Shown piece by piece: positions 1-6,965 of a DNA stretch of 64,000 nucleotides. The stretch's first letter is position 1, and each line of letters opens with the position of its first letter. The position numbers and the translations under genes were made by a program. The DNA comes from an uncultured Planctomycetia bacterium (GTDB lineage: Bacteria; Omnitrophota; Gorgyraeia; 2-02-FULL-51-18; CAYJSE01): positions 15,125 through 79,124 of the forward strand of contig CAYJSE010000002.1 of assembly GCA_964372765.1 (NCBI GenBank), read 5' to 3'. Below the pieces are notes generated by a model. It had not been told where the DNA came from. It did not search any database and worked only from the letters and a program-made list of their open reading frames with translations.

Positions 1-2
1 GG

Positions 3-524
3 TTGTCCAAAAGGGAGCGTTGGATTTTCTACGGCACGGCGCTGGTGGTGGGGATTCTTTTCTCCGATCGTTTTTTGATTGGCCCCGTTCACACGAAACT
101 CGCCGATATGGACCGGCGCATCCGGGATGAGGAAACGTTCGCGCGCGAAAGTCTGCTCATCCTTTTGAAAAAAAAGGAGGTGGTGGCCGAGAGTGAACAG
201 CTGAAAAAATTTATCGTGAAAGCCGGGGATCCCGAACAGGAGATGACAGCGCTTCTTAAGAAAATCGAAGGCCTGGCGCAGGAAGCGACGGTCAGCCTTG
301 TTTACGTGAAGCCAGCCGCCAGCCGCGAAGAGACTTCCGGCGTCAAAAAATACCTCGCGACGCTCGAGTGCGAAGGCCAGATGGACCGGGTGATGAGTTT
401 TTTTTACAGCATCGAAAGCTCGGTCGAGCTTCTGCAGATCGAGCGCTACGCGATACAGTCCAAAACCAAGGAATCGAGCATCGCGCGTTGTGAGGTGACG
501 GTTTCTAAGACGGTGTTGGTGTAG
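3..524 (+). CDS. N-terminally truncated inner-membrane pilus/T2SS assembly protein, PilO/GspM-like (TM helix, coiled coil, C-terminal alpha/beta domain)
   Basis: The ORF runs in from the window edge. It has a hydrophobic N-terminal segment (FYGTALVVGILF) followed by a coiled-coil-like KLADMDRRIRDEE stretch. The architecture resembles PilO/GspM; family assignment is by eye only. Confidence 0.35.
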   Translation: MSKRERWIFYGTALVVGILFSDRFLIGPVHTKLADMDRRIRDEETFARESLLILLKKKEVVAESEQLKKFIVKAGDPEQEMTALLKKIEGLAQEATVSLVYVKPAASREETSGVKKYLATLECEGQMDRVMSFFYSIESSVELLQIERYAIQSKTKESSIARCEVTVSKTVLV

Positions 525-1149
525 CGGGCGAGGATTCTTTGACCGCAAGCCACTCCTCGAGGGCCTGCGCTTTGATGCGGTCTAGCGTTTTTAGTTTTTG
601 AACCTGTTCCTTTGATTTTTCTTTATCGCCCAGCCAGTGATACGCGCTGCCAAGGCCTAAATGCGCGTCCGCGAAATAAGGATTGTGTTCCAGCGCTTTG
701 TAGTAGCATCGGATGGCTTCCTCAAAATTATTTTGCGAAGCTTCCAGCAAACCCAGCTGATACCAGTCGCGAAAACTCGCCGGGTTGATGTCCAGCGCTT
801 TTTTGTAGTTTTCCACGCCTTTATTATAATCGCGGCGGTTCGCATAGATAAGGCCTAGATTATGGTAAACCGTATAACTGGGCTCCCTGGCGGCGGCTTT
901 TTCGGTGTACTCGATGGCTTTGTCAAAATCACCCGCGTTGGCGTAGGTGAGCCCCAGAAGCAAAAGCGCTTTGGGGTTCGAGGGCTTCAGCTTGACGGCT
1001 TTTTTGTACTCCAGAATCGCGTTTTTGAAATCTTTGTCTTGGACATACCGGCTGCCTTTTAAAACGGCCTCCTCAAATTCGCCCGCCGCGGCGAGTGGCG
1101 TGGTGATGATCAGCGCGGTCATCAGAAAAAGCAAGATTTTAGATTTCAT
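505..1149 (-). CDS. secreted tetratricopeptide (TPR) repeat protein
   Basis: Has a signal peptide (MKSKILLFLMTALIITTPLAAA). It carries repeated 34-residue units with the TPR signature (A..Y.KAL..NP... repeated at least 5 times). Confidence 0.75.
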   Translation of the reverse strand: MKSKILLFLMTALIITTPLAAAGEFEEAVLKGSRYVQDKDFKNAILEYKKAVKLKPSNPKALLLLGLTYANAGDFDKAIEYTEKAAAREPSYTVYHNLGLIYANRRDYNKGVENYKKALDINPASFRDWYQLGLLEASQNNFEEAIRCYYKALEHNPYFADAHLGLGSAYHWLGDKEKSKEQVQKLKTLDRIKAQALEEWLAVKESSPATPTPS

Positions 1150-1679
1150 TTTTTGACGGTGATTTTAAGAATTTTTTGATCTTCCCGCGGCCGATCCGAG
1201 GAATCCGTGGGCGTCTGGCTCAGAGCGTGGACCACATCGTATCCGGAAACGACTTCTCCGAAAATGGTATGGCGTTTGTTGAGATGGGGGGTCAGCGCCA
1301 CCGTGATGAAAAACTGGCTGCCGTTGGTGTGAGGGCCGCTATTGGCCATCGCGAGTAATCCAGAACGGTCAAACGCGCGGTTGTTTTGCACCTCGTCCTC
1401 AAAATCCTCGCCCCAGATGGATTCGCCGCCGGAGCCCGTGGCTGTCGGATCGCCGCCCTGAACCATGAAGTCGGGAATGACACGGTGGAAAAGCGTGCCA
1501 TTGTAGTAACCTTTTTCAGCCAAGCGCGTGATGTTTTCGCAAGCTTTTGGGGCTGTGTCGGGGTACAGCTTAATGTCAAACGTGCCTTGAGTGGTTTCAA
1601 AAGTAAGAATGGTATCCGCCTGGGCTATAGAAGCTGTTAATAACGTTGCGAAAACAGCCACCGTTAACAATCGCTGCAT
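1146..1679 (-). CDS. ppiA: periplasmic peptidyl-prolyl cis-trans isomerase, cyclophilin type
   Basis: Signal peptide followed by cyclophilin motifs FHRVIPDFMVQGGDP and LAMANSGPHTNGSQFFIT. There is a 4-nt stop/start overlap with the TPR gene. Confidence 0.9.
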   Translation of the reverse strand: MQRLLTVAVFATLLTASIAQADTILTFETTQGTFDIKLYPDTAPKACENITRLAEKGYYNGTLFHRVIPDFMVQGGDPTATGSGGESIWGEDFEDEVQNNRAFDRSGLLAMANSGPHTNGSQFFITVALTPHLNKRHTIFGEVVSGYDVVHALSQTPTDSSDRPREDQKILKITVKK

Positions 1680-1731
1680 GAATCATTGAATTTACTAAAA
1701 ATTGCTGAGTTTGTCAAATGTCTTGGATTAT

Positions 1732-1906
1732 GACGAACGGGTCCTGCCGCTCGGCAGCCCCAAAAATTCTTGCGTAACTGCGGTTCGCTGCGAATTTTCG
1801 GGGCGCCCCGCCTCGCGTCACCCGTTCGTCATAATCCTCGACTGCACAAACGCCTTCCGAAAGACAATACTCGCCCCGCCGCAGAACCTCGAGTCAAAAT
1901 CAATGG
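1732..1906. repeat. intergenic repeat element copy A (MITE-like; 11-bp terminal inverted repeats GACGAACGGGT/ACCCGTTCGTC, internal GGGGCGCCCC palindrome and CTGCCGCTCGGCAG hairpin, 3' tail ending CGAGTCAAAATCAATGG)
   Basis: A ~75-nt core (CGGGTCCTGCCGCTCGGCAGCCCCAAAAATTCTTGCGTAACTGCGGTTCGCTGC.AATTTTCGGGGCGCCC) recurs almost identically at 7903-7976. The tail 17-mer recurs at 8150-8166. Confidence 0.8.
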
Positions 1907-1907
1907 A

Positions 1908-1936
1908 TTGTAGGATGTCTTACCGGATAGTACAAT
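1908..1936 (+). promoter_or_regulatory. sigma70-like promoter TTGTAG-17-TACAAT abutting the repeat; predicted TSS at or within a few nt of the ATG of the downstream gene (possible leaderless mRNA)
   Basis: The -10 hexamer ends 6 nt before the ATG at 1943. There is no Shine-Dalgarno sequence in between. Confidence 0.35.
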
Positions 1937-1942
1937 ACCATC

Positions 1943-2359
1943 ATGAATCATTGGTATCGGTATTGGGTGTGGGTTTTGGTTGTGTCCTGGTTGGGTGTGG
2001 GCATCGCTTTTGCGGGGGACCCAGCTGATGAGTTGGAGGAGCCACTCGAGTTTAACTACAAGACGGTCACGACGGAACAGGGGCTTGTGTTTCGCGTGCC
2101 GCCGGACATGCCGATCGAGATGAAAAATGGCATGCAGACACCCGTTCCCTATGACGAGTACCTCGCCGCCAAAGTTTCCCGCATGGAGAAGCGTCTGATC
2201 AGCATCGACGAGCGTCTGGCGAAGATAGACGCCAGTCTCGCCAAACTCACCGAGCAAAAAAAGACCGACGAAGCGACCACAGCCTCTGCGTCCGAGGCTC
2301 CACCGGAAGTTCCCAAGCGACGTGTGACCGAGGGCGGACTACTCATTTCGGAGCAGTAA
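1943..2359 (+). CDS. hypothetical secreted/membrane-anchored coiled-coil protein
   Basis: Has a Trp-rich hydrophobic N-terminus (WYRYWVWVLVVSWLGVGIAFA) and a coiled-coil C-terminus. I recognise no family for it. Confidence 0.5.
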   Translation: MNHWYRYWVWVLVVSWLGVGIAFAGDPADELEEPLEFNYKTVTTEQGLVFRVPPDMPIEMKNGMQTPVPYDEYLAAKVSRMEKRLISIDERLAKIDASLAKLTEQKKTDEATTASASEAPPEVPKRRVTEGGLLISEQ

Positions 2360-2652
2360 ATTTATATGAAAGACACTCCAGCTTACATTCAAGAAAAAGT
2401 GTGCGAAATGTTCAGCCGTAAATCGGGCGAGGAGCGTCTTAAAATGGGCTGCTCGATGCACGATTCTTCAAAGAAACTGACGGCCGATTCTCTTGTGAGG
2501 GCTCATGGCGATTCGGCATAAGACCGCCAATGAGTTGGCCGATGAAGAAAAATAAAATTGTATTATTTGCCCTGATGGCTTTGTCGCTCGGCGACGGAGT
2601 TTTGTTTGCCGAGGATAGTGGTAATTTCCAGTCCAGTGAATAATGATAAATG

Positions 2653-2682
2653 TTAGACATTATGTATAACATATGGTATACT
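2653..2682 (+). promoter_or_regulatory. vapBC promoter (TTAGAC ... TATACT) overlapped by operator-like inverted repeats ATGTTA-N11-TAACAT and ACATTATGT
   Basis: A near-consensus -10 TATACT sits 24 nt upstream of the vapB ATG and is preceded by the SD AAGGGGGA. The palindromes are typical of TA autoregulation. Confidence 0.5.
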
Positions 2683-2705
2683 CCTGACAAGGGGGATTGA
2701 ATCCG

Positions 2706-2936
2706 ATGACACAGGTGACTATTCGGCAGCTGACGCATGGTTTCTCAGGTTATCTCAAGGCGGTCAAAAAAGGGGAGAGGATTGTGATTCTTGACCGGCG
2801 AACTCCGGTTGCTGATCTGATTCCGCATAACGAGAATCTTGCTCAGCCTGGCTGGAAACGCCCCATCACCAGAATTAAAGTCAAAGGTTTGAGCATGGCA
2901 GAAACGGTTTCAAAGATGCGAGATGAAGAAAGGTGA
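2706..2936 (+). CDS. vapB: type II antitoxin, Phd/YefM-like (VapB)
   Basis: Small protein whose N-terminus (TQVTIRQLTHGFSGYLKAVKKGERIVILDRRTPVADLIP) matches the Phd/YefM fold pattern. It overlaps the downstream PIN gene by GTGA. The ORF-track start at 2697 is TTG; the ATG at 2706 has a proper RBS. Confidence 0.6.
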   Translation: MTQVTIRQLTHGFSGYLKAVKKGERIVILDRRTPVADLIPHNENLAQPGWKRPITRIKVKGLSMAETVSKMRDEER

Positions 2937-3346
2937 GAGTTTTTATTGATACGTCCTCACTTTTCAAAAAATACATGGATGAGTCCGGCAGTAGTGATTT
3001 TGAGGAGTTGCTGGCCAAGGCATCCGAGATAGCGGTTTCGCCGATTACCTGGATGGAAGTCAATGCCGCCTTGGCGCGTTGTGTCCGAGGTCGTTTGTTG
3101 TCGGCCGAGCAGGCCGGTCAGCTGCGCGTGGAAGCGAAGAGAGATTTCACTTATTTTTTGAAGGTTATATGGAATGAGCACCTCGAAGATAAAACTGTGG
3201 AAATGATCCAAAAGTGTGAGTTGAAAACATTCGATGCGATGCAGTTGGCCTCCGGGATTTTGTCCGAAGCGGAACTTTTTGTAACGTCCGATAAAAAGCT
3301 GTATCAAGAAGCTAAAAAAATGGTTCACCATATTCGTTTTGTTTAA
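2933..3346 (+). CDS. vapC: PIN-domain ribonuclease toxin VapC
   Basis: MRVFIDTSSL (first acidic residue), TWMEVNAAL and FDAMQLA are classic VapC/PIN motifs. It starts at a GTG start 4 nt before the vapB stop. Confidence 0.8.
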   Translation: MRVFIDTSSLFKKYMDESGSSDFEELLAKASEIAVSPITWMEVNAALARCVRGRLLSAEQAGQLRVEAKRDFTYFLKVIWNEHLEDKTVEMIQKCELKTFDAMQLASGILSEAELFVTSDKKLYQEAKKMVHHIRFV

Positions 3347-3565
3347 CCAAACGTAGAATTTATATGAAAAAATTGTTTCTCCAAACATTCGGCTGGCCGT
3401 TGTTCTCCCGGCAGATTCGTCACAACAAGCGTGACGAATCAAAGCGCCGGGACAAGCGAGACTGCGATACTTCAAGTAGCGCTGGCGGGCGGGAGAGAAG
3501 GTTTGATTCTCAAGAGTCACTAATCTTAGGTAATTCTTAACAAAAATATGTTATACTTCTGAAAT

Positions 3566-4267
3566 ATGAGTCCACAAGCAGCGCAAAACGAAATCTATAA
3601 GAACTCTCCTCTAATCGAAGCTGTTTACGAGGTTCGATTTAGTTCTCTTTTATCCATTGAATCCAATCGTGACAAGTTTCACGACAAGATCAAAGATTCG
3701 TTTCCTGATGTAATCATCGGTAAATCGAATCCTGATCCGTATAGCTTTGAAAAACGCGATAAAAGTTGGTCGATTTTACTCTCCCCGACACTTATTGCGG
3801 TTTCTTGTAAAAAATACGAAGGTTTTCAGGCCTACAAAAAAGAATGTCTTAGGCTGCTGTCTATTTTTGGCGAGCTATTCAAAATCGAGAGAATGACAAG
3901 ATCGGGGTTGAGATACGTCAACATTATTCCTTTTACGAGAGAGGCGGGGGTGATTCCGCTCAAAGCTTTCTTGAATGTTGATATAAGCTTACCCAAATCT
4001 ATACCGTCAACATTCAAAACGGCGTCATTTATTTTTGTTTCTCAGTTGGAAAAGGGCAGCATTACTACACGAGTTGAGCCAGTGATGTCACCAGATCAAA
4101 GCCAAGAAGCTCTTATCCTTGATTTTGACTACGCGAAGGATGCCGATTTAAGCTATAAGAATCTTGACGGGTATTTGGAAGAAAGTCATGGGCACACAAA
4201 GGCACTTTTTGAAGGACTTGTTACGGATAGCTATCGAAAAATAATGCGTGGCGAGGTGGTTGCATGA
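3566..4267 (+). CDS. uncharacterised protein resembling the TIGR04255 family of unknown function (N-terminal Y.NSPLIEAVYEVRF and central RSGLRYVN motifs); first gene of a 3-gene coupled module in the low-GC island
   Basis: Family resemblance is from memory of the TIGR04255 signature, not a search. It is strongly AT-rich relative to flanks. It overlaps the next gene by ATGA. Confidence 0.4.
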   Translation: MSPQAAQNEIYKNSPLIEAVYEVRFSSLLSIESNRDKFHDKIKDSFPDVIIGKSNPDPYSFEKRDKSWSILLSPTLIAVSCKKYEGFQAYKKECLRLLSIFGELFKIERMTRSGLRYVNIIPFTREAGVIPLKAFLNVDISLPKSIPSTFKTASFIFVSQLEKGSITTRVEPVMSPDQSQEALILDFDYAKDADLSYKNLDGYLEESHGHTKALFEGLVTDSYRKIMRGEVVA

Positions 4268-4689
4268 GCGGTTTGGCGCTGGAAGAAACCTATAAGTTGG
4301 TCGAAGAAAGAAAAGCTTATTTTCCCAATAACTATAAGGGAGTGGCGCTTGCCATAGGAACTGCCTCTCAAATCAACCAACCCTCGTCATATTTATATTC
4401 GGGGCGGTTTAGCACTGCTCCGTTGATGGAGTTCCAGGCGGAACAGAGGACTTATGTAACCTCAAAGCCTATTCTTGTCAAAGTTTACAGGGAAGATGAC
4501 ATTTTTATTGCTGAGAACGAGAGCCTTGTTTTAAGCGGATCAGGAGCATCGCGTGAGGAAGCCGTTCTGGATTTCGTGAAGCACGTAGATTATTTTTATA
4601 ATTTTTATAAGCGTCAGAATGACAACAATTTGATGGGCGACGCTCTTAGATTAAAAAAGATTTACGCTAATCTTCTTGTTGAGACTTAA
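4264..4689 (+). CDS. HicB-fold (UPF0150/RNase-H-like) protein without obvious DNA-binding domain; putative antitoxin/partner
   Basis: The segment PILVKVYREDDIFIAENESLVLSGSGASREEAVLDFVKHV matches the HicB N-domain pattern (beta-strand, DDG-Y-A, then GeT-EEAL). It is coupled to the next gene by TAATG. Confidence 0.4.
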   Translation: MSGLALEETYKLVEERKAYFPNNYKGVALAIGTASQINQPSSYLYSGRFSTAPLMEFQAEQRTYVTSKPILVKVYREDDIFIAENESLVLSGSGASREEAVLDFVKHVDYFYNFYKRQNDNNLMGDALRLKKIYANLLVET

Positions 4690-4970
4690 TGCAGATCGAA
4701 AAGCGAGATGTTGAATCATCTCTTCCCAAAAAGGGCTTTGAACGGGACGCAAGTAGAGATCATATTTACTTCAATCATCGCTATCAAGGAAAGTACACAG
4801 GCATTTCTACGTATGTATCTCATGGAGCCAAATCCATTGGAGACCCGCTGATTCAGCAGATGAAAAAGCAACTTCACCTTAATAATTCCCACCAAGTTGT
4901 AGACCTGGTTAATTGTCCGATTTCGAGCGAAGAGTATATTCAGATATTGAAGACTAAGGGGCAACTGTAA
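4689..4970 (+). CDS. HicA-like mRNA-interferase toxin homologue with ~28-aa C-terminal extension
   Basis: LPKKGFERDASRDHIYF ... ISTYVSHGAKSIGDPLIQQMKKQLHL follows the HicA pattern GF..(G)SH..(F/Y) ... (V)..H. .k.I..m..ql.L. The HicA pattern is recalled from memory. Confidence 0.45.
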   Translation: MQIEKRDVESSLPKKGFERDASRDHIYFNHRYQGKYTGISTYVSHGAKSIGDPLIQQMKKQLHLNNSHQVVDLVNCPISSEEYIQILKTKGQL

Positions 4971-5038
4971 AATAACCACTCGGTTCTGATTACCCCAGAA
5001 GGCGCAGTTCTCTTAAACACCAAACAGGACAAGGATTT

Positions 5039-6355
5039 ATGCGAAAGTTTTACATTTGCACCTTCGGCTGCCAAATGAATGAGCGGGATTCGGAGGCCGT
5101 GACGGGTCTCTTGCTGGATCGTGGGTACGAGTCGACCCAGGACCCGGAGACCGCGGACTTGCTTCTTTATAATACCTGCAGTGTGCGCGATCACGCGGAG
5201 CAAAAAGTGTTTGGCCGCATGGGAACGTTTGCGAAGCTAAAGGCGCGCAACCCAAAGCTCGTGATCGGGATTTTGGGCTGCATGGCGCAGGAGCACGGAG
5301 ATAATTTTTTTAAAAAAAACCCGGAGATTGATATCGTTTGCGGCACGGGGAATTTAAGCCAGATCGCGGATTTGGTGGAGGAAATTGAATACCGTCGCGC
5401 GCCGGTGGTGGCGATTGATAAATTGGACGACGCGTACGGTCTCGACGGGATTCACTATCGCCGTGACGCGCTGAAGGCGCTGGTGACGATCATGAAGGGC
5501 TGCGACCATCGCTGCACGTACTGTATCGTGCCCTACACGCGCGGCCAGGAGATTTCTAGATCTTCCGAAAGTGTTTTGCGCGAAACCAAAGACTTGGAGC
5601 GGCGTGGATTTAAAGACGTGATGCTTCTCGGGCAAAATGTGAATTCTTACGGCAAGGGGTTGGTGGAGGGGGTTGATTTTTCCGATCTTTTGGACAAAAT
5701 TCAAAACACCGCGCCGGCCATCCCGCGCTTACGGTTTATCACAAGCCACCCCAAGGATGCGCATACGAAACTTTTCCACACGATGCGCGATTTGCCGATG
5801 GTGTGCGAACACCTGCATCTGCCGGTGCAGTCAGGGTCCGACCGGATTTTGAAACGCATGAAGCGCGAGCACACAAGCGAATGGTATCGGGAGCAGGTCG
5901 ACGAGTACAAAGCCGTGGTTCCCGATGGGACGCTCACGACGGACTTTATCGTCGGGTTTCCGGGTGAGACCGAGCAAGATTTTAACGAAACGCTCGCGCT
6001 TGCCGAGCGCATCGAGTTTGACAGCGCGTTTATTTTCAAATATTCGCCTAGGCCGGGCACGCCGGCGTTGAATCTTGAAGACGACGTGCCGGAAACCGAA
6101 AAGGATAGGCGCTTGCAGACACTTCTATCTCTGCAGCGGGCCGTGGGTCTCAAGAAAAACCAGTCTTGGATCGGCAGAGATCTCGAAGTACTTTTTGAGT
6201 CCAAAACCAAAAGAGATGAAAACCGGTATTTCGGCCGCACGCGCGGATTTAAGCGCGTCGTAGTCTCCTCGGCGGAGGATCTGTGTGGAAAATTCCGTCA
6301 TGTGCGGATCACATCCGCGGCGGACGAAACGTTGGTCGGGGAAATTCGTTCTTGA
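5039..6355 (+). CDS. miaB: tRNA-i6A37 methylthiotransferase MiaB (radical SAM, C-terminal TRAM)
   Basis: FYICTFGCQMN, the CxxxCxxC motif (CDHRCTYC) and a TRAM-like C-terminus. Confidence 0.95.
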   Translation: MRKFYICTFGCQMNERDSEAVTGLLLDRGYESTQDPETADLLLYNTCSVRDHAEQKVFGRMGTFAKLKARNPKLVIGILGCMAQEHGDNFFKKNPEIDIVCGTGNLSQIADLVEEIEYRRAPVVAIDKLDDAYGLDGIHYRRDALKALVTIMKGCDHRCTYCIVPYTRGQEISRSSESVLRETKDLERRGFKDVMLLGQNVNSYGKGLVEGVDFSDLLDKIQNTAPAIPRLRFITSHPKDAHTKLFHTMRDLPMVCEHLHLPVQSGSDRILKRMKREHTSEWYREQVDEYKAVVPDGTLTTDFIVGFPGETEQDFNETLALAERIEFDSAFIFKYSPRPGTPALNLEDDVPETEKDRRLQTLLSLQRAVGLKKNQSWIGRDLEVLFESKTKRDENRYFGRTRGFKRVVVSSAEDLCGKFRHVRITSAADETLVGEIRS

Positions 6356-6915
6356 ACCGCGTTCTTTTTTTGATCGTTTGCGTTCTGATTTTGGGTGTGT
6401 CGGTCGCGCATGCCGAAATGAACCGTATCGAGACCAAAAGAGAACGTATGGAGCGCGAGGCGCGCTCCGGATTTTTTTCATCCAATCAAGCGTATGCAAA
6501 AATCCACGAAGATTTTTTGAGGGACGATCATCGGTCCGTTGTTTCCGGGGTGGGTGATTTTTTAAAGCGCGCTCCCAGAGACGCGCGAGCACCTAAGCTG
6601 CAGCGTCTCGCCGAGCTTTCACAATTAAAGTTGAACCCTCCGGCTATTTCGCCGACGCCGACGCCGGCCCTGCGCCAGCGGGCACTCGAAGAGGCGCCGA
6701 TCTTTACCGTGCAGGTGGGAGCGTTTGCGCGTGCGCACAATGCGGAAGCGCTGGCGCGGCGCTTGAAACGACTTGCCTACGACGCGTATGTCGAACCCGA
6801 TGAAGCGGGTGAGCGTCACCGCGTGCGCGTGGGGCATCTGGGTTCCCGCGACGAAGCGCTGGTCCTCGAATCCCGCCTTCGCAAAGAGGGCTACCCTACC
6901 AAGATACATCCATAA
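6352..6915 (+). CDS. SPOR-domain (peptidoglycan-binding) protein with signal peptide
   Basis: A C-terminal SPOR domain (IFTVQVGAFARAHNAEALARRLKRLAYDAYVEP...RHRVRVGHLGSRDEALVLESRLRKEGY). The likely start is the TTG at 6352 (LNRVLFLIVCVLILGVSVAHA signal), overlapping the miaB stop. The ORF-track start at 6283 lies inside miaB. Confidence 0.7.
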   Translation: MNRVLFLIVCVLILGVSVAHAEMNRIETKRERMEREARSGFFSSNQAYAKIHEDFLRDDHRSVVSGVGDFLKRAPRDARAPKLQRLAELSQLKLNPPAISPTPTPALRQRALEEAPIFTVQVGAFARAHNAEALARRLKRLAYDAYVEPDEAGERHRVRVGHLGSRDEALVLESRLRKEGYPTKIHP

Positions 6916-6917
6916 TG

Positions 6918-6954
6918 AATTTTTGGGGCGCCCCGCCCGCTGTCACCCGTCGCC
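6918..6954. repeat. partial copy C of the intergenic repeat (AATTTTTGGGGCGCCCCGCC...GTCACCCGTCGCC right end only)
   Basis: Matches the right-hand 37 nt of copies A and B, including the GGGGCGCCCC palindrome and the right TIR. It creates an in-frame artefactual N-terminal extension of miaA. Confidence 0.65.
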
Positions 6955-6965
6955 ACTCGTTTCCC

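Noticed and set aside
1702-2028. 108-aa ORF (+) and the 100-aa ORF at 7883..8185 (+)
   Set aside because: Both are read-through translations of the GC-rich intergenic repeat copies A and B. They have no protein-like composition or conservation between the two copies at the amino-acid level.
2957-3520. 187-aa ORF on the minus strand
   Set aside because: It lies antisense to the well-supported vapC PIN gene and extends into an intergenic region. It has no RBS and is most likely spurious.
3364-3540. 58-aa ORF (+) MKKLFLQTFGW... between vapC and the three-gene module
   Set aside because: It opens at the second copy of the 13-bp repeat, but has no SD, a low-complexity Arg/Asp/Ser-rich product, and contains an 8-bp hairpin (TTCGTCAC...GTGACGAA). 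I treat it as non-coding leader or spacer.
5701-6592. Minus-strand ORFs of 179 and 155 aa inside/antisense to miaB and the SPOR gene
   Set aside because: They are antisense shadows of strongly supported + strand genes in high-GC DNA.
6915-6965. The annotated 17-codon N-terminal extension of miaA (ORF-track start at 6915)
   Set aside because: The sequence is a partial copy of the intergenic repeat. The conserved MiaA P-loop begins right after the ATG at 6966.
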